From an uncultured Gemmatimonadales bacterium (GTDB taxonomy: Bacteria > Gemmatimonadota > Gemmatimonadetes > Gemmatimonadales > Gemmatimonadaceae), in assembly GCA_963850905.1 (NCBI GenBank), contig CAWKMU010000003.1, positions 1,440,001-1,504,000 of the forward strand: a stretch of 64,000 nt of DNA. Direction: 5' to 3'. The translations under genes were made by a program, and so were the position numbers. Positions 40,655-49,997 of this stretch are shown in pieces. Numbering within the stretch: the first letter of the stretch is position 1; each line of letters starts with the position of its first letter. The notes under the pieces were generated by a model. The model searched no databases and had not been told where the DNA came from. It saw only the letters and a list, made by a program, of their open reading frames with translations.

Positions 40655-41656
40655 ATGAGGTTCGCGTGTGGTGCGATGCTCCTCCTCTCGGTCGCCTCGC
40701 CGCTCGCCGCGCAGTCGAGCGGTCCGGGCGGTCATGCTGTGCGCCGCATCCCACTCGCCGACGCCCCGATTGCCGCCCGGGTGCATCTCCCCGGGTCGCC
40801 GGACTGGATGGCGGTTGGTTTTGGCTCGCTCTGGGTCGTGAACTACAAGCCGGATCGCGTCTCGAGAGTCGATCCGGCGACGGGCACGGTGCTCGCCGAC
40901 GTGCCGCTCGGCGGCAAAGCCTGTCTCGGCATTGTCGTGACGATCGATCGCGTGTGGGTGCCGACGTGCGGCAAGGTCGTGCTCAACGCGGTCGATCCCG
41001 TGACCAATCGAGTCGTGACGCGGCGCAGTCTTCCAATCACGGTCAGCGTCGAAGGGTCGTTCGCCTTCGCGGGTGGCAGCTTCTGGCTGCCGGTGACTGG
41101 ACGGGACTCCAGTTCCAGGGCAGTCGCACGCATCGATCCACACACCGGGGCCGTCCAGCGGCTGATCTCCGTTGCGCGGGGCTCGGAAGCCCTCGTCGCT
41201 GGCTACGGAGCGGTCTGGGCAGCGAGTAGTGGCACCGACGTGGTGCTCAAGATCGATCCTGTGCGGAACCGCGTCACATCGCGCATCGCGGTCGGGCCTT
41301 CACCGAAGTTCATGGCCGTCGGCGAGGGTGCGGTGTGGGTGCAGAACCGTGGAGATGGCTCCGTGTCTCGAGTGGATCGGCACACCAACAGGGAGGTCGC
41401 CCGTATCGAGACCCATGCCCCGACCCGGTACGGCGACATCGCCGTTGGTGACGGCACGGTGTGGCTGGCTGTCGACTCGACACCCATCACGAGCATTGAT
41501 CCCCGCACCAATAGCGTGTCCTATCAGGTCGTTGGTGGCAGTGGTGCTGATGCACTTCGTGTCGGGTTCGGCGCGGTGTGGGTCGCCGACCACGCGCACG
41601 GCGAGGTATGGCGCGTCGACCTGGCAACGCTCCGCGCGCTCGCGGGGACACCGTGA
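40655..41656 (+). CDS. Secreted beta-propeller protein (YncE/Vgb-like repeats)
   Basis: Repeated AVGxGxxWV...VSR(I/V)DPxT units; signal peptide. Confidence 0.8.
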   Translation: MRFACGAMLLLSVASPLAAQSSGPGGHAVRRIPLADAPIAARVHLPGSPDWMAVGFGSLWVVNYKPDRVSRVDPATGTVLADVPLGGKACLGIVVTIDRVWVPTCGKVVLNAVDPVTNRVVTRRSLPITVSVEGSFAFAGGSFWLPVTGRDSSSRAVARIDPHTGAVQRLISVARGSEALVAGYGAVWAASSGTDVVLKIDPVRNRVTSRIAVGPSPKFMAVGEGAVWVQNRGDGSVSRVDRHTNREVARIETHAPTRYGDIAVGDGTVWLAVDSTPITSIDPRTNSVSYQVVGGSGADALRVGFGAVWVADHAHGEVWRVDLATLRALAGTP

Positions 41657-41769
41657 TAGACGTTGGACGTTAGACGTTAGAAAACAGACCTCAGTGGTAA
41701 GCTAGATGCACTTTGACTCGCCTCGAGGTTTGTTTTCTAACGTCCAACGTCCAGCGTCCAGCGTCTAAC
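41657..41769. repeat. Heptamer-armed palindromic element, copy 5
   Basis: TAGACGT TGGACGT TAGACGT TAGAAAACAGACCTC...TAGATGCAC...CGAGGTTTGTTT TCTAACG TCCAACG TCCAGCG TCCAGCG TCTAAC; occupies the whole gap from TGA to ATG. Confidence 0.92.
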
Positions 41770-42693
41770 ATGGACCACCCGGCAGCAGCCCCGCTTCGGA
41801 TCGGTGCGTGGGATGTAGATCCCATCGCCAGCAGCATTGCGCGTAACGGAGAGCGCGTCCGCATCGAAGCGCGGACAATGCGGCTCCTGCTGTACCTCGC
41901 GGAGCGCGCGGGCGAAGTTGTGAGCATCGATGAGCTGCTCAGAGAGGTCTGGTCTGGCGTCATCGTCACGTCGGACTCGGTCTACCAGGCCGTCACATCG
42001 CTCCGCCGTGTGCTTGGTGACGATCCCAAACAGCCCCTGTACATCGCCACGGTGCCGCGTCGCGGCTATCGACTCGTCGCCAAGGTGAACGCTCCGACCG
42101 CCGAGCCAACAGTCGTGACGGCGCCAACGGCATCCCTGCTGGCCCCCCGCGCTGTGCCGATCTCACGTGCGTACTCCTGGCGTCGGCTGGCGCTCGCGAT
42201 TGGGGTCGTGCTGTGCCTCGCGGTTGGTGCTGGGTATGCCCTTCGTGGACAGTTCGTCGCGAAAAGACCCGTGCCCCCGTCCGCGAGCGCGCTCGCGACC
42301 GCCAAGTCCATCGCTGTAGTCCCGTTCATCGACTTGACCGCCGGCATGAGTCACGAGTACTTCGCCGACGGAATGACGGAAGAGATAATCGACAAGCTGA
42401 GCAAGGTCCCGGATCTCCGGGTCGCTGCTCCCACATCGTCGTTCTACCTGAAGGGGAAGCAACTTGCGATCAGCGACATCGCGAAGGCCCTGGGCGTCAT
42501 GTATGTGTTGGACGGAAGCGTCCGCAAGTCGCGCACGACTCTGCGCGTTGCCGCGCGGCTGAGTCGTGCGGACAACGGCTACGTCGTGTGGTCCGAAATC
42601 TATGACCGCCCGGTCGGCGACATGTTGATGATCCAGGACGACATCGCCTCTGCGGTGGCGAAAGCCCTGAGGACTTCGATCGGCAGCGGCTGA
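41770..42693 (+). CDS. CadC/OmpR-type winged-helix regulator with TM helix and TolB-like domain
   Basis: LLLYLAERAGEVVS, LRRVLGDDPKQPLYIATVPRRGYRL; SIAVVPF, EYFADGMTEEII and VLDGSVRK. Confidence 0.88.
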   Translation: MDHPAAAPLRIGAWDVDPIASSIARNGERVRIEARTMRLLLYLAERAGEVVSIDELLREVWSGVIVTSDSVYQAVTSLRRVLGDDPKQPLYIATVPRRGYRLVAKVNAPTAEPTVVTAPTASLLAPRAVPISRAYSWRRLALAIGVVLCLAVGAGYALRGQFVAKRPVPPSASALATAKSIAVVPFIDLTAGMSHEYFADGMTEEIIDKLSKVPDLRVAAPTSSFYLKGKQLAISDIAKALGVMYVLDGSVRKSRTTLRVAARLSRADNGYVVWSEIYDRPVGDMLMIQDDIASAVAKALRTSIGSG

Positions 42694-42701
42694 TCCGCTG
42701 A

Positions 42702-43181
42702 TTATGCGCTGCCAGCCGGTGCGAACCGCCGCACGCTGTACGCAATCGGCAACCCGACCACGACCATGTGGACGACCAGTCCCAGAATCTCATCTTGCAG
42801 CTCGTAGGGGCCCCTGGCGTGGAGCGCCGACAGTGGCAGGACGACGAGTCGCATGACGAGCTCGACCGCCATTCCAAAGAACAAACCGCACACGAGCGGA
42901 TGGTCGGTCATGAACGGCAATCGGCGACTTGCCACGTAGTAGACGGTTGCCGCCAATGTCGCGATGAAGAAATGCAGAAGGACGCCGAGCGCGTAGGTAC
43001 CGGCGCCTCCCTGGACCGCCTGCCGGCCCAGCAGGCCGCCCGCGATTGTCAGCGGAATGTTCCATCCGAACAGGATGCAGGCCTGTGTAAGGTCCAACGT
43101 CCCGGCGACCAGGCCCCCGGCCGCGATCGCCAACACCGGGTTGTTTTTCTCCAGCGGCCGACCGATGGTGGCTCCAATCAT
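42702..43181 (-). CDS. Small membrane protein (DUF1440-like)
   Basis: GGLVAGTLD, IAGGLLG, LGVLLHFFIA and VVGLPIA; about four TM helices. Confidence 0.7.
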   Translation of the reverse strand: MIGATIGRPLEKNNPVLAIAAGGLVAGTLDLTQACILFGWNIPLTIAGGLLGRQAVQGGAGTYALGVLLHFFIATLAATVYYVASRRLPFMTDHPLVCGLFFGMAVELVMRLVVLPLSALHARGPYELQDEILGLVVHMVVVGLPIAYSVRRFAPAGSA

Positions 43182-43401
43182 TGGCGCATCCTCTCTCCCC
43201 GTGTTTCGATCGACCCGCTGCAACGGTACTCGGCGAGCGCGCGGAAGTCCTGAATGCCCCCTGAAACACTTTGAAGAAGGCTGAAATCATCGGGTCCGCC
43301 AGGCCAGCCCCCGCGACTCTCTTTCCAAACGGCACCGCAGGCGCCATGATCTGCGGCGGTCGCGCACGGCCACTACGTCCGGTGGTGCGCGTGTCCCTCA
43401 C

Positions 43402-45492
43402 ATGATGCGGAGCGCTGCCATGCCGACCGGCCCTCGATCCGGAGTCCTCGCCCTCGTCTTGTCCATCGCAGTTGCCCAGGGGGTCGAGGGTCAATCGCCG
43501 CGGGCCATGACGTTGATCGACTTCATGAGCATCCCGACCGTTAGCGACCCGCGTCTCTCGCCCGACGGGCACGAGATTGTCTTCGTCCGGTCGGAGCCGA
43601 ACTGGAAGACCGACAGGCGGGTGGGCCACGTGTGGCGGATCAACGCTGATGGCTCCGGCCTCGTCCAAATGAGCAACGGCGCCGAGGGCGAGAGTAGTCC
43701 GCGCTGGTCACCGGACGGGAAGACGATCGCCTTCGTCGCCAAACGGGGGACGGATCGCGACAGCGTCGCCCAGGTGTTCCTGATTGCCCGTGACGGCGGG
43801 GAAGCCCAACCGCTCACCAGCCACGCGACGGCCGTCTCATCGATCACATGGTCTCCTGACGGTGCGTTGATCTACTTCCGTGCGCCGGAGCCGAAGTCGG
43901 ACCAGCAAAGGGCACGGGAGAAGGCCAAGGACGACGTGTTCATGTTCGACGAGAACTATCAGCAAGACCACCTGTGGACCGTCATCGTCGCGAGCAAGGC
44001 CGAGCGCCGTATTACCGGAGGGGACTATTCGGTGCTGTCGTATACGCTTTCCGAGGACGGGAAGCGCATCGCCCTCCATCGCGGGCCCACTCCGCTCCTA
44101 GGCGATGATGCGCTCAGCGAAGTCTGGGTCATGGACGCCGACGGCTCCAACGCCCGGCAACTCACCCATAACAATGTCCCCGAGGGTGGCGCGACGCTCT
44201 CGCCGGATGGCTCGCACATCCTCTTCCTGGCGCAGGCGAACCAGCAGTTCGAGCCGTACTACAACCGCAAGATTTTCGTCGCGTCCTTGAACGGCGGCGA
44301 CCCACGCGTGCTGATGCCTGATGTGCCCTACGAAGTCGAGCGGGCCGAATGGTCTCGCGACGGGCAGTCGATCTACTTCGTCGCGAACATGGGCGTGCAC
44401 AGCGAGCTGTTCAAAGTGGCGCTTTCCTCGGGAAAGCCCGAGCAATTGACGAAGGGAGATCACGCACTTGGCGACTGGACATGGTCCAATGCCGCCAACG
44501 CCCACGTCTTCACGTTGCACGAGATGACGAGCCCGGGAGAGGTGTGGCTGCTTCGGGCGGACGCGACGGCGCCGCAGAAAGTGACCAGCGTATTCGACTA
44601 CCTGCCACGGCAGTTCCGCCTGCCTCGCCAGGTGCGCGTCGACTGGAAAGGAGCCGACGGCGTCACGGTCGAGGGACTGTTGATGTATCCCCTGGATTAT
44701 GAGGCCGGACATCGCTACCCGCTCGTCGTCCAGACGCATGGCGGCCCGCAAGCGTCGGACAAGTTCGGGCTTGGCGGGACCCAGAACTATCTGCCGGTGC
44801 TCGCAGCCCGCGGATACGCGGTGCTGCAGCCCAACTATCGCGGTAGCACAGGCTACGGCGACGCGTTCACGCGTGACATGGTCGGGCACTACTTCAAGAA
44901 CGCGCACCTCGATGTGCTGGCCGGCGTGGACTATCTGATCAAGACGGGCGTCGCGGACTCCGCGCACCTCATCAAGATGGGATGGAGTGGTGGCGGACAC
45001 ATGACGAACAAGATCATCACCTATACCACTCGCTTCAAAGCGGCATCGTCCGGCGCGGGTGCGGCGGACTGGGTTTCGATGTACGCGCAAAGCGACGTGC
45101 GCAGCTACCGCACGCCATGGTTTGGCGGCACGCCGTGGCAGAAGGATGCGCCGATCAGTGTCTACTGGGACAATTCTCCGCTGAAGGATGTCTGGAAGGT
45201 GAAGACGCCCACGATCTTCCTCGTCGGGCAGAACGACCAGCGCGTGCCGGAGCCCCAATCGGTGGAGATGTACCGCGCCCTCAAGAGCAATGGCGTCCCG
45301 ACGCACCTGTACGTCGCTCCGCGCGAGCCACATGGGTGGGAGGAGCTCAGGCACGTTCTGTTCAAGATGAACGTGGAGCTGGACTGGTTCGAGACCCAGG
45401 CGATGCATCGTGCCTATGTCTGGGACAAAGCTCCCGGAGACAGTACATCGGACGTGACCGCCGCGGCGAAGAGGACAGCAGCTGGCGACTGA
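43402..45492 (+). CDS. S9 family peptidase (dipeptidyl aminopeptidase/acylaminoacyl peptidase)
   Basis: PD40-like WSPDG repeats; HGGP, PNYRGSTGYG, GWSGGG nucleophile, DQRVP and EPHG. Confidence 0.93.
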   Translation: MMRSAAMPTGPRSGVLALVLSIAVAQGVEGQSPRAMTLIDFMSIPTVSDPRLSPDGHEIVFVRSEPNWKTDRRVGHVWRINADGSGLVQMSNGAEGESSPRWSPDGKTIAFVAKRGTDRDSVAQVFLIARDGGEAQPLTSHATAVSSITWSPDGALIYFRAPEPKSDQQRAREKAKDDVFMFDENYQQDHLWTVIVASKAERRITGGDYSVLSYTLSEDGKRIALHRGPTPLLGDDALSEVWVMDADGSNARQLTHNNVPEGGATLSPDGSHILFLAQANQQFEPYYNRKIFVASLNGGDPRVLMPDVPYEVERAEWSRDGQSIYFVANMGVHSELFKVALSSGKPEQLTKGDHALGDWTWSNAANAHVFTLHEMTSPGEVWLLRADATAPQKVTSVFDYLPRQFRLPRQVRVDWKGADGVTVEGLLMYPLDYEAGHRYPLVVQTHGGPQASDKFGLGGTQNYLPVLAARGYAVLQPNYRGSTGYGDAFTRDMVGHYFKNAHLDVLAGVDYLIKTGVADSAHLIKMGWSGGGHMTNKIITYTTRFKAASSGAGAADWVSMYAQSDVRSYRTPWFGGTPWQKDAPISVYWDNSPLKDVWKVKTPTIFLVGQNDQRVPEPQSVEMYRALKSNGVPTHLYVAPREPHGWEELRHVLFKMNVELDWFETQAMHRAYVWDKAPGDSTSDVTAAAKRTAAGD

Positions 45493-45501
45493 AGCGTGGC
45501 C

Positions 45502-46095
45502 CTATTGAGCGCCGCGCCTCATCATCCACAACACGTCCCAGTACCTGCCGAACTTGCGGCCGACCTCGGGGAAGGTGCCGATGGCGCTGAAGCCGAACCG
45601 CTCGTGGAGAGCGTTCGATGCCGCATTGGGCTGCGCGATCCCGGCGACAATGCACCGCACGTCCTCCGCCTCGAGCAGCGGAAACAACTCTCGATAGAGC
45701 TGGGTCCCGATTCCTCTCCCGATCGCCTCGGGGCGGCAGGCGATGGTAGCCTCGACGGTCGTCTCGTAAGCTTCCTTGGGGCGAAACGGCCCGGTCCCCG
45801 CGTATCCGACGAGATGACCAGGGGCGTCTTCGGCAACGAGCAAACGGTGGCGCTGTCCATCGGCGTGGTCGTGAAACCAGGCGACCCGCTGCTCGACAGA
45901 AAAGGGGCGCACGTCGAATGTGGTGTGCGCGTTCACCACGTAGTGGTTGTAGATCTCCGTGAGCTGTGGCAGGTCCGCGAACACTGCCGGTCGGATATGG
46001 AGAGAGGGCAGAGGACCGTCCCGGTATGGGGTCGGGTAGCACGAAGCCCACAGGCCGATCTGGCGGGTCGCGCCCGGCCATAGCAGTTGGCTCAC
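45502..46095 (-). CDS. GNAT N-acetyltransferase (phosphinothricin acetyltransferase-like); true start probably near 46011
   Basis: IYNHYV, GRGIG, PNAASNALHERFGF and EVGRKFGRYWDV motifs. Confidence 0.88.
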   Translation of the reverse strand: MSQLLWPGATRQIGLWASCYPTPYRDGPLPSLHIRPAVFADLPQLTEIYNHYVVNAHTTFDVRPFSVEQRVAWFHDHADGQRHRLLVAEDAPGHLVGYAGTGPFRPKEAYETTVEATIACRPEAIGRGIGTQLYRELFPLLEAEDVRCIVAGIAQPNAASNALHERFGFSAIGTFPEVGRKFGRYWDVLWMMRRGAQ

Positions 46096-46250
46096 CTGAT
46101 CCGGGATCTATCGGCGGCGACGTTTGGGCGCAACTTCTTGCCCGTTGGCCCGACGCGATGGCCGGTTACGGGCCGCCTGGTCGGAGTGGCTTGCGGGTGT
46201 TGTCGAGGCGGACTGGCTTGGAGAGAACGATTCACAAGGGGTGGAACCCG

Positions 46251-48446
46251 ATGGGATTCTGTATTCGTGCAACGGCGCGACCACGGTTTTTTGCGTCGGC
46301 ATTGCTAGCGGCAGCGTCGATCGGCTGTACGCGGACGTCGCACCCACCGGGGGACGTGACGTCGGCGCGGCTCGCTGCCGCGGATGAGGGCTCGGAGAAC
46401 TGGCTCACCCTCGGGCGTGACGGCCGCCAGGACTATTTCTCGCCGCTCGCGTCGATCGACAAGGGCAACGTCGGTCGTCTCGGATTTGCGTGGGCCTATG
46501 ACCTCGGCACCTCCCGCGGGCAAGAGGCGACGCCGATTGTGGTGGACGGGGTGATGTACACGTCCGGCTACGTCGGCATCGTGTACGCGATCGACGCGGC
46601 GACAGGCAAAGAGATCTGGCGGTTTGATCCTCACGTGACGGATGAGTTCATCCGCAACCCGTGCTGCGACGCCGTCAATCGCGGGGTCGCCGTCTGGCAG
46701 GGGCGCGTCTACGTCGCTTCGGTGGACGGTCGGCTGCACGCCCTCGATGCGGCAACCGGGAAAGAGGTCTGGGTGGTCGACACCTTTGTCGATCACGACC
46801 GCTCGTACTCCAGCACCGGCGCTCCAATCGTCGCTCACAACGTCGTCGTCATCGGGAACAGTGGCGGCGACATGGATCGTGGCGCCGTGCGTGGCTACGT
46901 GTCGGCGTACGACCTGGCGACCGGCGCGCTCAAGTGGCGCTTTTTCACGGTGCCTCCCGCACCCGGTAAGCCGCTCGAGCATCCAGAGCTCGCGTTGGCG
47001 GCGAAGAGCTGGGCGCCCGGGCGTAGTGCCGAGTTTGCCGGCGGTGCCACCGTTTGGGACGGGATGAGCTACGACCCCGATCTCAATCTTCTCTATTTCG
47101 GGACCGGCAACGCCGCGCCCTACGACGTGCGCAAGCTGGGCGCCGGCAACGGTGACATGCTCTTCGCGTGCTCGATCGTGGCTGTGAATCCCGATAGCGG
47201 CACGATGGCCTGGTACTATCAGGCAACGCCGGGCGACAAGTGGGACTACGACGCGTCGCAAAAGCTGACGTTGGCGGACCTCGTGATCGATGGAAAGACT
47301 CGCCAGGTGATCATGCAGGCCAACAAGAACGGCTTTTTCTACGTCCTGGACCGCAAGACGGGGGAGCTTCTCTCGGCGAAAAATTTCGCCTTCGTCAATT
47401 GGGCGTCAGGAGTCGATCGGAAAACGGGGCGGCCGACACTTACGCCCCAGGCCGAATATTACGGCAAGCCGAGTGACATCTACCCATCGGCCGTCGGCGC
47501 GCACACGTGGCAGCCGATGTCGTACGACCCGCAGACAAAGCTGGTCTACATTCCCGTCATCGACATGGGGAACCTGCTCTTCGATCTCGAGAGCAACGGT
47601 GGAAGGATGAAGTACGTGAATGGCACGTTCACGATCGGGATGATCACGCCGGACGACAGCTACGATCCCGCTTCGATCAAGTCACTCTATGGACCCCTGC
47701 CCGATCTCCAGGCGGTTCGTGCAGAGCGGCCGGGCCAGAAACTCGTGCGCGAGTTCATCCGGGCCTGGGATCCAGTGGCCCAAGCGGCCGTCTGGGAGCA
47801 CGACGTCTCCTCGGGAACGTTTCGACCCGAGGGGGGCATCCTGAGCACCGCGGGCAACCTCGTGTTTCAGGGTCACAGTACCGGGGACCTCGCCGTGTAC
47901 GGCGCGGACAGTGGCCGGGAGCTCAAGGCGATCGCGACTGGTAGCCATATCATGGCCGCGCCCATCACCTATGCGGTCAATGGAGTGCAGTATGTCGCGG
48001 TGCAGACAGGATACGGCGGGAGTGTGATGACAATGGGACCGATCCCGCCCGGCAGCGCCGAGCACACGTATAGCAACGAGAACCGAATCCTGGTGTTCAA
48101 ACTGGATGGCGGCCCCGTACCAATGCCGCCGCTTCGTCCGGCGGAGCTGTTCCCGGCACCGCCGCCAATCAAGGCGAGTCGGGCCGAGCTCGAACGCGGC
48201 GAGAGCAAGTTCATCGAGCAGTGCAGTCGGTGCCACGTGTTCGGGCCGAGCGTCACACCGGACCTCCGCAAGCTGACCCCGCCTCTCCACGCCGCCTTCA
48301 AGGACATCGTGTTGAACGGCACGCTTGCGTCGCAGGGCATGGAGAAGTTCGGCGACCTTGTCAGCCCGGCCGACGTCAATGCGATCCACGCCTACCTGGT
48401 TGACCTGCAGCGACAGGGGTACGCTGCGCAGCAGCGGTCGCAATAG
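46251..48446 (+). CDS. PQQ-dependent quinohemoprotein (type II-like) alcohol dehydrogenase with C-terminal cytochrome c
   Basis: RGQEATPIVVDG, vicinal CC (PCCDAVNRG), GTGN, KNGFFYVLDR and CSRCH haem motif. Confidence 0.92.
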   Translation: MGFCIRATARPRFFASALLAAASIGCTRTSHPPGDVTSARLAAADEGSENWLTLGRDGRQDYFSPLASIDKGNVGRLGFAWAYDLGTSRGQEATPIVVDGVMYTSGYVGIVYAIDAATGKEIWRFDPHVTDEFIRNPCCDAVNRGVAVWQGRVYVASVDGRLHALDAATGKEVWVVDTFVDHDRSYSSTGAPIVAHNVVVIGNSGGDMDRGAVRGYVSAYDLATGALKWRFFTVPPAPGKPLEHPELALAAKSWAPGRSAEFAGGATVWDGMSYDPDLNLLYFGTGNAAPYDVRKLGAGNGDMLFACSIVAVNPDSGTMAWYYQATPGDKWDYDASQKLTLADLVIDGKTRQVIMQANKNGFFYVLDRKTGELLSAKNFAFVNWASGVDRKTGRPTLTPQAEYYGKPSDIYPSAVGAHTWQPMSYDPQTKLVYIPVIDMGNLLFDLESNGGRMKYVNGTFTIGMITPDDSYDPASIKSLYGPLPDLQAVRAERPGQKLVREFIRAWDPVAQAAVWEHDVSSGTFRPEGGILSTAGNLVFQGHSTGDLAVYGADSGRELKAIATGSHIMAAPITYAVNGVQYVAVQTGYGGSVMTMGPIPPGSAEHTYSNENRILVFKLDGGPVPMPPLRPAELFPAPPPIKASRAELERGESKFIEQCSRCHVFGPSVTPDLRKLTPPLHAAFKDIVLNGTLASQGMEKFGDLVSPADVNAIHAYLVDLQRQGYAAQQRSQ

Positions 48447-48463
48447 GCGGGCGAGGAGGTCAG

Positions 48464-48862
48464 GTGTTGGAGCTGCCGTATCGCGGGCTGGATGGTCGAT
48501 TCGTGTGTCTCGAGCCATTCGCGCCGGAGCTGAAGGAAGAGGTACGATTGGCGATCGACTGCGACCCCGAGACATGGGCGATCATGCCCCACAACGGCAT
48601 GGGCGTTCACTTTGAGAGCTACTGGGCCGAGCTCTGCACCATGAGCCATTTCATGTCGTACGCCATTCGCCGCCGTGCGGACAGACGGGTGGTCGGGTCG
48701 GTCGCGAAGCTCGGTGCCGTCCGGGAGGGCGTCTTGCGACACGACCGGCGCACCTGGACCGGGTACCTGCGTGATAGTGTCGTGTTCTCGATCCTCGATC
48801 ATGACTGGCCGGCTGTCAGGGCGGCTCTGGAGCACCGACTTGCGGCACACCGTGAGTGCTAG
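48464..48862 (+). pseudogene. RimJ/RimL-type GNAT acetyltransferase with internal in-frame deletion
   Basis: The N-terminal part (LDGRFVCLEP...RRVVGS) joins directly to the C-terminal part (VAKLGAVREGVLR...RDSVVFSILDHDWP). The central EIG/acetyl-CoA-binding region is absent. Confidence 0.7.
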
Positions 48863-48916
48863 TGAGCCGCATTCCGCCCCGGGTGGCCGCCATCACTCCC
48901 TCGTGAGCGTCGCTCG

Positions 48917-49897
48917 GTGATGCACCGTGCCGCCGCGCTTCCCCTCGTCCTCTTGGCGGTCGCCTCGATCGCCGAGGGCTATCGGTCGGGACACAACGCA
49001 CGTGTCATCGCGAGAGGCCCGACACAGGACACGTCGGGTACGCCAAAGTGGTGCGCAGCGCAGCCAAGACCGCAATACGCGTCCCTCACGCGAGTCCCGG
49101 TACGCTCGACGTGGTTCGAGGTGTACCAGGTCGATCCTGGCGTGTACGCCATTTACGAGCCGCATCAGTGGGAAGAGGTCATCTCATACCTGATCGTCGG
49201 CAGCGATCGGGCGCTGCTGTTCGATACCGGTATGGGCATCGCGGATATTCGCGCGGTGGCCGAGCAGCTGACACGGCTCCCGATCGAGGTGATGAACTCG
49301 CACACGCACCCTGACCACATCGGCGGCAACTGGGAATTCGATCGGATTCTCGGGCTCGACACACAGTACACCCGGGACAACGCTGCCGGGTCCTCGCACG
49401 CGGCCGTCGCCGGCGAGGTCACTGCTGACCATTTCTGTGCTCCACCACCAGCCGGCTTCGATACGGCAAGCTACCGGACTCGCCCATTCCGCATCACGCA
49501 AACGGTTGCCGACGGCTCGGTGATCGCGCTCGGCGGCCGACAGCTCGCGGTCTTGCACATTCCTGGGCACGCGCCTGACGCCGTCGCGCTGTTCGACGCC
49601 GAGCATGGCGAGTTGTTTACCGGTGACACGTTTTACGAGGGGCCTATCTTCGTGTTTGCCCGAGGGGCCGACTTCGCGGCGTTCACGCGATCGGCAGAGC
49701 GGCTGGCGACACTCGTGCCTCGCCTGCGCAAGCTCCTCACGGCGCACAACATTGCAGTGTCCAACCCCGCGCTGCTGCTTCGCTTACGAGACGCGGTCCA
49801 TGCCATTGGACGCGGCGCCGTGACGGGCACAACCGACAACGGCATCGTGACCTACGGTTTCGGCGCCTTCTCCGTCATGGTGAGAAAGCGAGCCTAG
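48917..49897 (+). CDS. Secreted MBL-fold metallo-hydrolase
   Basis: LFDTGMG, SHTHPDHIGG, PGHAPD and FTGDTFY motifs. Confidence 0.9.
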   Translation: MMHRAAALPLVLLAVASIAEGYRSGHNARVIARGPTQDTSGTPKWCAAQPRPQYASLTRVPVRSTWFEVYQVDPGVYAIYEPHQWEEVISYLIVGSDRALLFDTGMGIADIRAVAEQLTRLPIEVMNSHTHPDHIGGNWEFDRILGLDTQYTRDNAAGSSHAAVAGEVTADHFCAPPPAGFDTASYRTRPFRITQTVADGSVIALGGRQLAVLHIPGHAPDAVALFDAEHGELFTGDTFYEGPIFVFARGADFAAFTRSAERLATLVPRLRKLLTAHNIAVSNPALLLRLRDAVHAIGRGAVTGTTDNGIVTYGFGAFSVMVRKRA

Positions 49898-49959
49898 CGG
49901 CGAATCTCGCGGCGGGACGCCGGGTAACTCGGATTGAGGTGGCGAGGCCGGACGGGCGT

Positions 49960-49990
49960 TGTAACAGATAACCCGTCACCAATGGTCTAA
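49960..49990 (+). promoter_or_regulatory. Candidate ECF-sigma autoregulatory promoter (leaderless transcript)
   Basis: TGTAAC-N18-GGTCTAA ends 7 nt upstream of the sigma ATG; no SD sequence. Confidence 0.4.
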
Positions 49991-49997
49991 TCTGTAA

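Noticed and set aside
41657..41769. Heptamer-armed elements as integron attC sites (GTTAGAC/GTTGGAC fit GTTRRRY; GTCTAAC/GTCCAAC fit RYYYAAC)
   Set aside because: The order is reversed relative to attC (GTTRRRY first, RYYYAAC last), the motifs are tandemly reiterated, flanking genes are not co-oriented cassettes and no integrase is present.
11378..41769. Repeats as a CRISPR array
   Set aside because: Copies are kilobases apart, there is no repeat-spacer periodicity and no cas genes.
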